IMG/VR virus record: IMGVR_UViG_3300017751_000009
Length of the DNA stretch: 64,000 nucleotides
Direction: 5' to 3' (one strand)
Source of the DNA: an uncultured virus (IMG/VR IMGVR_UViG_3300017751_000009)
Taxonomy: Duplodnaviria; Heunggongvirae; Uroviricota; Caudoviricetes
This document shows positions 1 to 10,610 of this stretch, piece after piece. The position numbers and the translations under genes were made by a program. Numbering within the stretch: position 1 is the stretch's first letter; each line of letters starts with the position of its first letter. The notes below the pieces were generated by a model. That model did no database searches. It saw nothing but the letters and a program-made list of their open reading frames with translations, and had not been told where the DNA came from.

Positions 1-1
1 C

Positions 2-949
2 AATCAAAGCACTGCAAATCTTGCCCAAAGTGCTAATAGAATTGTTAAGAGAATTGACAGTGCAGCTACCGTAGAAACTGCATTCTATCAGGGTGTAGGT
101 ATCAGCAATGATAACTACAAACCAATGGATTGGATTAAGCAGAAAAAAGATATTATCATTGACGGATCCCTAGTATCAAAAGCTAGAGATTCTATTGAAG
201 CACAGATTTCTCCAATTGCAAATGTAATTGGAGTCTTAACTACAACCGATTCCTTTGTATATGTTGATTCTACTGCTTTGTTCAGAGATACTGATAATCT
301 ACTAACAGGATCTTTTAGTCTTGCATATATTGCAGAAGTTGGATTCGGTACAACCGCAGTTTATGGAATAAACTATGAAAATATTACTGGTATCGAACCA
401 CTAGTTGCAAATGTTCAGGGATTTGTCGGTGTTGTGACAGGCATCGGAACTTGTCCTGGTATTGGTACTGACTTGGCTCTTCTAATTCAATTTGATGCTC
501 AAGATTATGTGAATGATGGTAATAGTACTGCAGGATTAAGCACTGGACAACCATTCAAGCTTTATGGAACTGGTATTAACACGGTTAGTGCTGCTGTTAC
601 TAGCATCGATACGCACGATACTGACATCGTAGGTATCAGTACATTCAATGGTGACAACATTTACTATGTCCATGCAGTATCTACACGAAATGGTGGTCGT
701 GTGGGAGTTATCACTGCCAATATTGCATCTTACACTAATGTAAGTGATTTTGTTGGAGTTGGTTCTACCTCAGTTCCTTACGCTCATTTCACTTGGGGTA
801 AGTTTAGTAATGTTAGTAGAGATCAGACACAACCAGTCAATGCAAATATTAAAGGTATTGATTTTGATCCAGAATTATCAAACTATCCCATCGTTCAAAG
901 GCGTGGTGTTGGATTGAGAGGAACTGGAGGATTGCCGAAGATATTATAA
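2..949 (+). CDS. gp7: 3' end of a large baseplate wedge protein (gp7-like, 5'-truncated)
   Basis: The frame is open from position 2 (NQSTANLAQSANRIVKRID...KPMDW), so the gene starts outside the window; it sits directly upstream of gp8 as in T4-like cyanophages. Confidence 0.65.
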   Translation, partial: NQSTANLAQSANRIVKRIDSAATVETAFYQGVGISNDNYKPMDWIKQKKDIIIDGSLVSKARDSIEAQISPIANVIGVLTTTDSFVYVDSTALFRDTDNLLTGSFSLAYIAEVGFGTTAVYGINYENITGIEPLVANVQGFVGVVTGIGTCPGIGTDLALLIQFDAQDYVNDGNSTAGLSTGQPFKLYGTGINTVSAAVTSIDTHDTDIVGISTFNGDNIYYVHAVSTRNGGRVGVITANIASYTNVSDFVGVGSTSVPYAHFTWGKFSNVSRDQTQPVNANIKGIDFDPELSNYPIVQRRGVGLRGTGGLPKIL

Positions 950-952
950 ATA
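945..952 (+). promoter_or_regulatory. T4-type late (gp55) promoter TATAAATA
   Basis: Exact T4 late consensus overlapping the stop codon, about 35 nt upstream of gp8. Confidence 0.75.
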
Positions 953-985
953 CAGAAAAGTTAGACCTTCCGCCCGTTCATAATA

Positions 986-2560
986 ATGGCAGCCATTATC
1001 ACCGACCAGTTCAGGGTCATTAATGCGAATAACTTTGTAGACTCTATACTTAGCGGTACTAATTCATATTTTACCTTTTTGAGTCTTGCAAACCCGACTA
1101 TCGCGGGTTATGGAAGAACTAGTACCTGGAATAGCACTACGGTTCAACCACCAGCACCGATTGATAATATTAGCTATGTCAATCATGTTTATGATACCAT
1201 GCTTTTCGGAAGAAAAGTGTTGCCTGGTGATGTGCGAAGATTGATTCGTAAAGTTCAGTGGACAAAAGGTACATCTTATGATATGTACCGACATGATTAT
1301 GATACCAATAATAGATCATTAGTATCTAACTCCAGCAGACTTTACTCTGCAAACTATTACATTATGAATAAAGACTTTAGGGTCTATATTTGTATTAATA
1401 ATGGTTCTGCTGGAATTACATCCTCAGCAAACGCTTCGTTAGATGAACCGACATTTACTGATTTGGAACCATCCGCAGCTGGGACGAGTGGTGACGGGTA
1501 TCTATGGAAGTACCTCTTTACTGTTCCTCCCGCTGATATTGTCAAGTTCGACTCAACCGAATATGTAGCTGTTCCTAATGAATGGACAACTTCTACGGAA
1601 AATGAAGTTAAAGTTGTAAGAGATAATGGAGATTCTCAGTTAAATAATAATCAAATTAAAGTTGTATCGATTGACGAACAGGGTGAAGGATACTCATTCT
1701 TATCGTCTCCAGTAGAATTAGATATTCTAGGAGATGGAAGTGGGGGTAAAGTCAGAGTTCAAACAAATACAAACGGTCAAGTTATTTCTGCAATTGTAAC
1801 TACTGGTGGACAAGGGTATAGTTTTGGAAGAGTCAATCTTTCTTCTATTAATAATGGAGCTACAAAATTTGCTAAACTGACCCCGATTATCCCCCCATCA
1901 AGAGGACATGGATTTGATTTGTATAAAGAATTAGGAACAGATAAAGTTCTTATCTACTCTAGATTTGATAATTCTTCTTATGACTTTATTTCCGATACTA
2001 CATTTTCGCAACTTGGGGTAATTAAGAACCCAATCGCTGCTGGTGCTGGATCTACAGCGATTATCAATACATCTGAGTTTTCATCTACTAAATCACTCAA
2101 ATTTACTGGTAATACTGTACAAACTCTTGCAATTGGCTCTGAAATTACACAGAATATTTCTGGCGTTGGTACTGCAAAAGCTTATGTTGCTTCTTACGAT
2201 ACAAGTACAAAAGTAATTAAGTATTTCCAAGATAGAAACCTCTATCTCAACCCTAGTCTATATGATGCAACTGATAGTTTAGGTGTTGGTGGAGATGCTG
2301 ATGTAATTCCATTTTCTGCCACAGGAAATGCTGTTACCGGTCCAAGTGGTTTCAGTGTAAACATAGACTCTGGATTTACTGGCATTTCAACAACTACACC
2401 ATCAGGTAAAGTTATTGACCTAGGAGTACAGTTCACAAATGGTCTTGCTCCAGAGGAAATAAATAAAAGGACTGGTGAGATACTTTATCTTGACAATAGA
2501 CCATCTATTGCTAGGAACGAGCGTCAAAAAGAAGACATTAAAATCGTTTTAGAATTCTAA
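986..2560 (+). CDS. gp8: Baseplate wedge subunit
   Basis: MAAIITDQFR N-terminus, W..GT.YDMYRHDY, YICINNG, DGYLWKYLFT and C-terminal GEILYLDNR...QKEDIKIVLEF are typical of cyanophage gp8. Confidence 0.9.
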   Translation: MAAIITDQFRVINANNFVDSILSGTNSYFTFLSLANPTIAGYGRTSTWNSTTVQPPAPIDNISYVNHVYDTMLFGRKVLPGDVRRLIRKVQWTKGTSYDMYRHDYDTNNRSLVSNSSRLYSANYYIMNKDFRVYICINNGSAGITSSANASLDEPTFTDLEPSAAGTSGDGYLWKYLFTVPPADIVKFDSTEYVAVPNEWTTSTENEVKVVRDNGDSQLNNNQIKVVSIDEQGEGYSFLSSPVELDILGDGSGGKVRVQTNTNGQVISAIVTTGGQGYSFGRVNLSSINNGATKFAKLTPIIPPSRGHGFDLYKELGTDKVLIYSRFDNSSYDFISDTTFSQLGVIKNPIAAGAGSTAIINTSEFSSTKSLKFTGNTVQTLAIGSEITQNISGVGTAKAYVASYDTSTKVIKYFQDRNLYLNPSLYDATDSLGVGGDADVIPFSATGNAVTGPSGFSVNIDSGFTGISTTTPSGKVIDLGVQFTNGLAPEEINKRTGEILYLDNRPSIARNERQKEDIKIVLEF

Positions 2561-2564
2561 GAAG

Positions 2565-5500
2565 ATGCCAACACAGACTAATCTCAATGTAAGTCCATAT
2601 TATGATGATTTTGATCCTGAAAAGGGTTATCATCGTGTCCTGTTTAAGCCAGGATTCCCTGTACAAGCTAGAGAGCTCACTACCTTACAATCTATTCTAC
2701 AAAATCAAGTAGAAAAATTTGGTAGTCATATCTTCAAGGAAGGATCAACTGTCGTTCCTGGGTCTGTGACATTTGATGGGCAGTACTATGCTGTCCAAGT
2801 AAATCCAACTCACCTCGGTGTTGATATTGGAGTATATGCTAGTAAGATTATTGGTAAGACTATTAGGGGTCAAACCACTGGTGTTACTGCAAAAGTAATT
2901 AATTTCATTAGTGCTTCCGAGTCTGATAATGACTATGATACATTCTTTGTAAAATATATTAACTCTTCACTTACGGGAGATTTTAATTTCTTCAATGACG
3001 CTGAGATTTTAGTCACAGAAGATTCTTTTACATATGGTAACACTACAATTAATGTTGGTGGTACTTTTGGATCTACGATTGATCTAAATTCCTGCACTAT
3101 TGGATCTTCTGTTTCTATTGATGAAGGAATTATCTTTGTTAGAGGTAATTTTGTAAGAGTACAAAAACAGACTATTATTTTAGATCAGTACAACTCTCAA
3201 CCCACTTTCAGAGTTGGTCTTAGTGTAATTGAAACGCCAGTATCTGCAAAAGGAGACGAGTCTCTTTATGATAATGCCAAGGGATTTTCTAACTTTGCTG
3301 CACCTGGTGCCGATAGATTAAGAATTACTCTAGTTCTTACTAAGAAAAATATTACAGATTTTAATGACACTGATTTTGTAGAGGTTGTTCGTGTCAGTAA
3401 TGGCGAAGTATTAGTCATTAAAAAAGAGACAGAATATTCAAAAATTAGAGATTATCTCGCAGGAAGAACTTTTGATGAGTCTGGTAACTATACTGTCAAT
3501 AAGTTCCTGTTAGATGTTACCGAATGTCTTAACGATAGACAGGGTAATGATGGAGTCTATTTTTCAAACCAATCTACTTTTGATGGCAACACACCAGATG
3601 AAGATCTTGCGTGTTTAAAAATCAGTGCTGGTAAGGCATATGTTAACGGATATGATGTATCAACTGATGGTCCTACAGTACTTGATTTCTTCAAGCCTAG
3701 AGAAACTGAAGAAGTAAAAGGCAAATCATTCCCATTTGAGATGGGAAATAAGTTTGTTGTAAATAATACAACTGGTATTACAACTTTTACCAACAGAATT
3801 AATCTGTTTAGTGGTCCATTTGAGAGTTCCACAAGACTTGTAGCAGGAACTTCTAATAAAATTGGTGATGCTAAGGTATACAATTTTGGATTAAGAGATC
3901 AGAAGTATGAAGACGCATCTACAGAATTTGATCTGTATTTGTACGATGTTCAAACATATACGAACTTAAAACTCAGTGATAATGTAAGCGCCACAGAACT
4001 AATTAAATCGGCATTTATTGTTGGTAAAGAAAGTGGGGCTAATGCATTTGCAGTTGCTGCAGGTGCTGGTTCTAGTTCAATCCAAGTTACCCAAACATCT
4101 GGTTCTTTTAGAGTAGGCGAACCAATCTTAATTAATGGTTCTGAAGACCTTCCTAGAACTATTGAGTCAATCACTAGTTATGGTATTAACGATGTTTTCT
4201 CGTTTGCTCAGAGTGGTAATAGTTTTACAGCTAACAAGAAGCTCAACGATAGAATTCCTCCTAGATTGGGAGCTGGTCAGGTAACCATTGCAATATCTGG
4301 TGCTGGGGCAACAGTAACTGCTCCTAGAATCGATAGTTTCCAAAGATTCAAACCCGGTGATATTATTAGGTATACCGACACTAAGAACGGCACACAGACT
4401 CAGTTTCAAAATGTTGTAACTTCGATTGCTTCAGATCTTCAGTCAATGACTGTTGGAGCTATGACAACAGTTGCAAATTTGTTTGATGGTGGTGTTAATG
4501 GGTATGTTGGTGAAATTTCACTTGGATTTCAAGATAATAGCAATGAAAATGCATCTTTAATTACTGTTCTACCAGATCTCAATGTTGCTAGTGTTGATTT
4601 TACTGGATCATCATTGCTGCTTTCTGCACAGGTTCAGAATGAGTCTACAAATTCCCTTGGTCAATTAGTTCTTCCTATTTCTTCGGTTGATCTTGACGAC
4701 ACATCATTTGCCGCTTTTGATGAGGAAAGATATCAAGTTCAATATTCCAATGGAACTATTGCTGTGATTGAGGAGGATCAAGTAACAGTTACTTCAACTC
4801 AGGTAACTATTACTGGATTAAATGCTTCACAAAGTGGAATGACTGTTAATGCCACGGTCATTAAGTCAAATATTAAAAATAAAGTAAAAGAATTCAAACG
4901 ATGTCAGCAAGTAGCTGTAACTAGATCAACCAATAGAAGATCTGGAAGTGACCCAAATACGAGTGTTAATGATGGACTCAATCATAGTGAGCTTTATGGA
5001 CTGAGAGTTCAAGATAGAGATATCTCTCTCAATGAACCAGATGCTACCGATATCATAGCTATCTATGAATCACTGGATACATCTGCTCCTATTTTAGACA
5101 AGTTAAATTTCACATCTACAGATGATGTATTTACTAGTGCTATTATTGGCGAAAATATTTTTGGCACTTCAACTAATGCAATTGCGAAGGTAATTTCTAT
5201 TGATGGTGGCAATAATCAAATCAGTGTTGTATATCTAACTAAAGATAGGTTTGCAACATTAGAACCTTTAAGTTTTGAAGAGTCTAACACTACAGCTGTA
5301 CTGCAAGGGATTTCTCCTGGCAAATATAGAGATGTTACTTCTAGCTACTTACTAGACAAGGGACAAAGAAATCAATATTACGATTATTCTAGAGTCGTAA
5401 GAAATAGAGGAGCATATATTCCTCACAGACAACTTAACATTATCTACAACAGATATGATGTTCCTAGTGGAGACACTGGAGATGTATTCACAGTTAATAG

Positions 5501-8500
5501 TTATGATGAAGAAAGATATAAAAAAGATATTCCCCAAATTGGACCTTCTCGAATTGAAGCACATGATGTTCTAGATTTTAGACCTAGAGTTGCATCATAT
5601 AATCCGGCTTCAGCATCAGAATCTCCATTCTTCTATACATCTAGAGATTTTGTAGGAAAGCCAGATAGAATTTTGACTCCTAACGAGTCAATGACTTTTG
5701 ACTATGACTTCTATCTTCCTAGAATTGATAAGTTAGTATTACTTCAAGATGGAAACTTTGATCTTATCAAAGGCAAACCGGCTAGACAACCAATTCCCCC
5801 AGTAGTATCTGGTAAAGGGATGGAAGTTGGGACAGTCCTTCTTCCAGCATATCTTAGAGATACTCAGGAAGCAAGAATTTATCTAAAAGATAATCGTCGT
5901 TATACGATGAGAGATATCGGTGATCTTGCCGACAGAGTAGAAAATCTAGAAGTTGTCACTAGTCTTAATTTATTAGAGAAGAGTGCAGAGTCTTTACAAA
6001 TTAGAGATGCCCAAGGTCTTACAAGATTCAAATCTGGATTCTTTGTTGATAACTTTAAGACTTTTGATTTCATGCACCCAAGCTCACCATGTGAGATTGA
6101 TAGAGATCTTGGCGAACTAAGACCACTTAGAGAATTTGATTCTTCGGCACTTCAGGTTGCACCTAAAGATGATATTCCAGTATCCCAGATCGACTTTAGC
6201 TCTAATTTCTTATTGTTAGATGATGGAAATACCCAAAAGACGGGTAATCTGTTATCACTCAAGTATCAAGAAAAGGAATACATTAAGCAAGAATTTGCAA
6301 CCAAAGTCAATAACATTAATCCATTCCATGTTGTTGCATTTACAGGTGAACTAAAGCTTAATCCTTCATTAGATAACTGGATTAATACCAGAGAGACTCA
6401 GAATGTTATTCGTAATACTATTGGTATTACAGTATTCAATAATCAAGTTGCTGCAAACTTTAGTTTGACTAGAGGTGGTGCTCTTGGTGGTTCTGCTTCT
6501 GTATCTACTAGAGAAACTGGTAGAACTGTACAGAGAGATGACATTAGGTCTGAAAACACCTTTATTGCAGAAGAAACTTTCGATCCTTTCTGTCGTTCTA
6601 GAAATATCGAATTCACTGCTATTGGTTTAAAACCATTTACTAATTTCTATCCCTTCTTTGATAATCAGGGTGGGGTTGATATCATTCCTAAGTTATTGGA
6701 AGTCAGTAGTGTTTCTGGTTCCTTCCAAATTGGAGAAACAATTCGTGGAACAATTGGTGCTACTGTTTTTGAATTCAGATTAGCTGCTCCAAACCATAAG
6801 AAAGGACCATTCAATGCTCCTACAGAAACATTCACAGTTAACCCATACAGTCCTGCAGCTACTCTTCCAAATGGGTACTCTCAAGCGTCAACTGTCTTAA
6901 ACATTGACACCACTTCATTAGCTGCTCAGGCACAAGGTGCCTTCTTTGGATTTGCTCCTACCGGAATGGTAATGAGGGGTCTTACAAGCGGTGCTCAAGC
7001 GACTGTAGCAGGTGTAAGACTAGTATCTGATGACTTTGGTGATCTTATTGGTTCTATCTTCTTGAGAGACCCCAATCAGACACCTACACCACAGGTTAGG
7101 GTTAGATCGGGTAATAGAGACTTTAGATTAACTTCTAGTCAAACTAATGCAAATCCATTACCAGGATCTACTTTAATCTCTCATGCGACAGGTCGCTATA
7201 CTGCGACTGGTACAACGAGAGTAGTTCAAACTGATATTAGAATCACCACTCTTGAAACCACAACTATTACCAATCTTTCTACGATTGATATTAGAGGAAC
7301 AATTCCAAATCCTCCTCCACCACCACCGCCAGTAATCATCAATAATACTAGAGTTATTGATAGAACTAGAACAATTATTAGAAACCGAACTAGAGTTATT
7401 AATAGAATTCGTAGAGTTCGTGTAAGAAGAAGAGACCCTCTGGCACAAACAATTGTGACTGGACCAGAAGGAGCTTGGATTACCTCGCTTGATCTATTCT
7501 TTGCATCTAAGAATCAAGGAACAACTCCAGTAAGGATTGAAGTTAGAACAGTTGAACTGGGTACTCCAACTCTATTCGTTATTGATAGAGCTGCTCAAGC
7601 AACTATTCGCCCTTCGGATATTACAACATCGGCCGATGGATCGGTTGCAACTAACATTAAATTTGACACTCCTTTCTACTTAGATCCAGAAGAATCTTAT
7701 GCCATCGTTATCTTGTCAGATAGTGATGAGTATGAGGTATATTGTGGCGAAATGGGTCAAAAAGCTTTGAATGCTCAAGCTCTTCCAGCTGCTAAGGGTA
7801 AGATTTACTCCCAGCAATTCGCAATGGGTTCTCTGTTCAAGTCACAAAACGGTGCTACTTGGACACCTACGCAATTTGAAGACCTTACATTTACTTTGTA
7901 TAGAGCAGATTATACTGCCGAACAAGGTCTGTTGACATTCTTCAACCCACCGATCGAACCCAATAATGGTCTTCTTCCTCCACTAGCATTTGATCCAATT
8001 GTAGGTGTTCCTAAAAAAGGAAAGCTTGGCATTGTTACAACATCTGATTCTGGATTAATTGGTACGGTATTTACTCCTGGTAGAAAAGTTAGTGAGCAAA
8101 CATCTACATTCCGTCATGGATACATTGAAACTAAAGGTGGTCCAGTCTTAGGAACTGTCGGAATTCTTACTGGCGGTAGCAACTATGGTACTCCATCTAA
8201 CCCCATAACAACATATAACATCAATGGTGATGGTGATGGACTCACATTAAACGCAACTGTCGGAGCTGGCATCTCGGCTATTACTGCAGTTTCTATTGCA
8301 TCTTCCGGTAGAGGATACAAAGTTGGTGATGTAGTTGGTCTTGTTACTGCAGATGTTGGAGGATCTGGTTCTGGTGTTCGTATTGGTATCAACTCTCTTG
8401 GAGGTATCGACACTCTATATTTGACAGATGTTCAAGCACAAACTTTTGATGTTGCAGCAGGCAATGAAGTTACATACAATCACGCAGCTGGTAGTGTAAT

Positions 8501-9503
8501 TGCAACCGGTTTAGATATTGTAAGTTTTGATGCGACCGGAAGTGTTTACACTGGGGAGTACTTCAAAGTATCTCATCGTAATCATGGTATGCACAGTTCT
8601 TTGAATAAGGTCATTCTTTCTGATGTAGAATCTGATGTTGTACCTACGGAAATAACCGTAGATATATTATCGAATGAAACCGCTATTTCTGTAGCATCAA
8701 CATCACAATTCAACACCTTTGAGGGTGCGGTAGTCAGTGCAGCAAATACTGGATACGCATTTATTAATAGTGAGATCCTTTCTTACACAAGTGTAGGTAT
8801 TTCTAGTTTGGGTGGTGTTGTAAGAGGTGTAGATTCAACTAATGCATTGAATCATCTTAAAAATGACAGTATTCAAAAGTATGAATACAACGGCATTTCT
8901 TTGAGAAGGGTTAATGCTGAACATGATGTCTCCAGTGTTCTTAGAGGTATTGATGATTACTACTTGAAAATTGATAGAGGATCAAGTAGATCAGTTGATG
9001 ATACATCAAATAATATTCCTCAGGTTTCTTTCAAAGAAGAAGCTGCTGGTGGTGGTCAAAATGTATACGCATCTAAAAATATCCAATTTGACGCTGTAAG
9101 ACCCCTCCTCGACGCTGCAACATTTGGACCTACCGATTTCATCTCACTGCAGATGAGAAGCGTTACAGGTACATCTCCTGATGGATCAGAGACCTCATTC
9201 ATCGATAATGGATTTGAAGATCTTAACCTCAATAGAATCAACACTCTTGAGACTACGAGAATTCTTGCTTCTAGAACCAATGAGTCTGCTAGACTTGGTT
9301 CTTTACCTAGAAATAAATCTTTCTCGTTTACTGTTGAACTCGCAAACAGTGGAGATAGCTTTAACTCACCTACTGTAAATCTTGAAGGGGCAAATGCACT
9401 CTTCTATGAAAACAGATTGAATAATCCTATTTCTGATTATAGAACGGATCCTAGAGTTAAGTCTAGATTTAATGATCCACATGCTTCTTATTATATGTCC
9501 TAA
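2565..9503 (+). CDS. Large virion structural protein, VrlC/DUF4815-like (probably continues past an in-frame TAA to 9887)
   Basis: NLNVSPYYDDF, RVLFKPGFPVQARELTTLQSILQNQ, APGADR, RTFDESGNY, RRYTMRDIG, RFKSGFFVDNF and DPLAQT motifs; follows gp8. Confidence 0.85.
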   Translation: MPTQTNLNVSPYYDDFDPEKGYHRVLFKPGFPVQARELTTLQSILQNQVEKFGSHIFKEGSTVVPGSVTFDGQYYAVQVNPTHLGVDIGVYASKIIGKTIRGQTTGVTAKVINFISASESDNDYDTFFVKYINSSLTGDFNFFNDAEILVTEDSFTYGNTTINVGGTFGSTIDLNSCTIGSSVSIDEGIIFVRGNFVRVQKQTIILDQYNSQPTFRVGLSVIETPVSAKGDESLYDNAKGFSNFAAPGADRLRITLVLTKKNITDFNDTDFVEVVRVSNGEVLVIKKETEYSKIRDYLAGRTFDESGNYTVNKFLLDVTECLNDRQGNDGVYFSNQSTFDGNTPDEDLACLKISAGKAYVNGYDVSTDGPTVLDFFKPRETEEVKGKSFPFEMGNKFVVNNTTGITTFTNRINLFSGPFESSTRLVAGTSNKIGDAKVYNFGLRDQKYEDASTEFDLYLYDVQTYTNLKLSDNVSATELIKSAFIVGKESGANAFAVAAGAGSSSIQVTQTSGSFRVGEPILINGSEDLPRTIESITSYGINDVFSFAQSGNSFTANKKLNDRIPPRLGAGQVTIAISGAGATVTAPRIDSFQRFKPGDIIRYTDTKNGTQTQFQNVVTSIASDLQSMTVGAMTTVANLFDGGVNGYVGEISLGFQDNSNENASLITVLPDLNVASVDFTGSSLLLSAQVQNESTNSLGQLVLPISSVDLDDTSFAAFDEERYQVQYSNGTIAVIEEDQVTVTSTQVTITGLNASQSGMTVNATVIKSNIKNKVKEFKRCQQVAVTRSTNRRSGSDPNTSVNDGLNHSELYGLRVQDRDISLNEPDATDIIAIYESLDTSAPILDKLNFTSTDDVFTSAIIGENIFGTSTNAIAKVISIDGGNNQISVVYLTKDRFATLEPLSFEESNTTAVLQGISPGKYRDVTSSYLLDKGQRNQYYDYSRVVRNRGAYIPHRQLNIIYNRYDVPSGDTGDVFTVNSYDEERYKKDIPQIGPSRIEAHDVLDFRPRVASYNPASASESPFFYTSRDFVGKPDRILTPNESMTFDYDFYLPRIDKLVLLQDGNFDLIKGKPARQPIPPVVSGKGMEVGTVLLPAYLRDTQEARIYLKDNRRYTMRDIGDLADRVENLEVVTSLNLLEKSAESLQIRDAQGLTRFKSGFFVDNFKTFDFMHPSSPCEIDRDLGELRPLREFDSSALQVAPKDDIPVSQIDFSSNFLLLDDGNTQKTGNLLSLKYQEKEYIKQEFATKVNNINPFHVVAFTGELKLNPSLDNWINTRETQNVIRNTIGITVFNNQVAANFSLTRGGALGGSASVSTRETGRTVQRDDIRSENTFIAEETFDPFCRSRNIEFTAIGLKPFTNFYPFFDNQGGVDIIPKLLEVSSVSGSFQIGETIRGTIGATVFEFRLAAPNHKKGPFNAPTETFTVNPYSPAATLPNGYSQASTVLNIDTTSLAAQAQGAFFGFAPTGMVMRGLTSGAQATVAGVRLVSDDFGDLIGSIFLRDPNQTPTPQVRVRSGNRDFRLTSSQTNANPLPGSTLISHATGRYTATGTTRVVQTDIRITTLETTTITNLSTIDIRGTIPNPPPPPPPVIINNTRVIDRTRTIIRNRTRVINRIRRVRVRRRDPLAQTIVTGPEGAWITSLDLFFASKNQGTTPVRIEVRTVELGTPTLFVIDRAAQATIRPSDITTSADGSVATNIKFDTPFYLDPEESYAIVILSDSDEYEVYCGEMGQKALNAQALPAAKGKIYSQQFAMGSLFKSQNGATWTPTQFEDLTFTLYRADYTAEQGLLTFFNPPIEPNNGLLPPLAFDPIVGVPKKGKLGIVTTSDSGLIGTVFTPGRKVSEQTSTFRHGYIETKGGPVLGTVGILTGGSNYGTPSNPITTYNINGDGDGLTLNATVGAGISAITAVSIASSGRGYKVGDVVGLVTADVGGSGSGVRIGINSLGGIDTLYLTDVQAQTFDVAAGNEVTYNHAAGSVIATGLDIVSFDATGSVYTGEYFKVSHRNHGMHSSLNKVILSDVESDVVPTEITVDILSNETAISVASTSQFNTFEGAVVSAANTGYAFINSEILSYTSVGISSLGGVVRGVDSTNALNHLKNDSIQKYEYNGISLRRVNAEHDVSSVLRGIDDYYLKIDRGSSRSVDDTSNNIPQVSFKEEAAGGGQNVYASKNIQFDAVRPLLDAATFGPTDFISLQMRSVTGTSPDGSETSFIDNGFEDLNLNRINTLETTRILASRTNESARLGSLPRNKSFSFTVELANSGDSFNSPTVNLEGANALFYENRLNNPISDYRTDPRVKSRFNDPHASYYMS

Positions 9504-9887
9504 CCGATCTATACTAAGAATCCCGCAACTTCAATTAAAGTTATATTTGAAGCTCGCAGACCAATTGAATGTGAGTTTAGAGTTCTCTACAGTATTATGA
9601 AAACAGACTCTAGTGAAGTAACACCTGATTTTGAATTATTCCCCGGATTTAGAAATCTTCTTGATACTGATGGAGATGGTATTGGTGATCAAGTAATTGA
9701 CCCAACCCAAAATGATGGTATGTCGGATTCCTTTGTGAGTGCTGATGATACTCAATACAGAGAGTATACATACTCTGTAGATGATTTGCCAAGTTTCAAT
9801 GGATTACAAATCAAAATTGTATTCACTGGAACTAATCAAGCAAAACATCCGGTAATTAAGAATTTGAGAGCAATCGCGGTAGCATGA
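9504..9887 (+). CDS. In-frame C-terminal continuation of the VrlC-like protein after the TAA at 9501-9503
   Basis: Same frame as 2565..9503 and open from 9504: PIYTKNPATSIKVIFEARRP...YREYTYSVDDLPSFNGLQIKIVF...PVIKNLRAIAVA, resembling the usual C-terminus of this family. Confidence 0.75.
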   Translation, partial: PIYTKNPATSIKVIFEARRPIECEFRVLYSIMKTDSSEVTPDFELFPGFRNLLDTDGDGIGDQVIDPTQNDGMSDSFVSADDTQYREYTYSVDDLPSFNGLQIKIVFTGTNQAKHPVIKNLRAIAVA

Positions 9888-10087
9888 GTTTGATTCCTGT
9901 AGAAGGACATTCTAATCTTTGGAGAGATTCTGATACTGGAGCCATCGTCAATGGCGATGACTCTGGGTATCATTCATACTTAAGAGAAAAGTCTGCAAAG
10001 AAAAATGAGAGAGAAGAGCTCGACTCAATGAAAAAAGATATTGATGATATTAAAAATATGTTGTCTAAAATTGTTGATAAGTTATGA
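9884..10087 (+). CDS. Conserved small cyanophage protein (coiled-coil C-terminus)
   Basis: IPVEGHSNLWRDSDTGAIVN motif; ATGA overlap with the upstream stop. Confidence 0.75.
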   Translation: MSLIPVEGHSNLWRDSDTGAIVNGDDSGYHSYLREKSAKKNEREELDSMKKDIDDIKNMLSKIVDKL

Positions 10088-10248
10088 GTAGAAATCCCCA
10101 CACTGAATTTTTAAAGTATCATGGATTTGAGACTCATGATACTCAAGATATGCATCACTCAGACATTGATATGCTAAAAGCTGATGTTGCAGAAATTAAA
10201 TTCACGCTCAATCAGGTATTACAGGAATTAAGGAAACTAAATACCTAA
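10084..10248 (+). CDS. Small hypothetical protein (54 aa, not in ORF track)
   Basis: Manual translation MSRNPHTEFLKYHGFETHDTQDMHHSDIDMLKADVAEIKFTLNQVLQELRKLNT; ATGA overlap; fills the gap. Confidence 0.6.
   Translation: MSRNPHTEFLKYHGFETHDTQDMHHSDIDMLKADVAEIKFTLNQVLQELRKLNT
10237..10243 (+). promoter_or_regulatory. Late promoter CTAAATA
   Basis: Late-promoter core about 30 nt upstream of the 10272 structural gene. Confidence 0.55.
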
Positions 10249-10271
10249 TAGGATAATCCGTGATGTAAAGA

Positions 10272-10610
10272 ATGGCAGTTTACATTGCTAACCTTCAAGT
10301 TGATTCTGGAGTTGATTTTCAACACGGTTTCAGTCTAGGAGATAACGACACAGGCACTTATTTGAACCTAACGAACTATACAGCGACTTCTCAAATGAGG
10401 AAGTGGGCTGGTAGTTCTACTGCTGTATCTTTTGCGTCTACTGTTACTGACCCCGAAGTTGGTCAAATCCAAATTTCACTGGGTTCAACAGAAACAGTTG
10501 ACATTAAACCAGGGCGATATGTTTATGATGTGACACTTGAAGACTCTGGCGGATTTAAATATAAGGTCGTCGAAGGAATGGTCCTAGTCAGAGCAGGAGT
10601 AACAAGGTAA
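10272..10610 (+). CDS. Small virion structural protein (baseplate/fibre-associated)
   Basis: ANLQVDSGVDF...LNLTNYTATSQMRK...GRYVYDV...VVEGMVLVRAGVTR pattern, common upstream of fibre genes in T4-like marine phages. Confidence 0.75.
   Translation: MAVYIANLQVDSGVDFQHGFSLGDNDTGTYLNLTNYTATSQMRKWAGSSTAVSFASTVTDPEVGQIQISLGSTETVDIKPGRYVYDVTLEDSGGFKYKVVEGMVLVRAGVTR

Noticed and set aside
9501..9503. Genome-wide stop-codon reassignment
   Set aside because: TAA, TGA and TAG all end genes at expected positions elsewhere; only one internal stop was found and no suppressor tRNA was seen.
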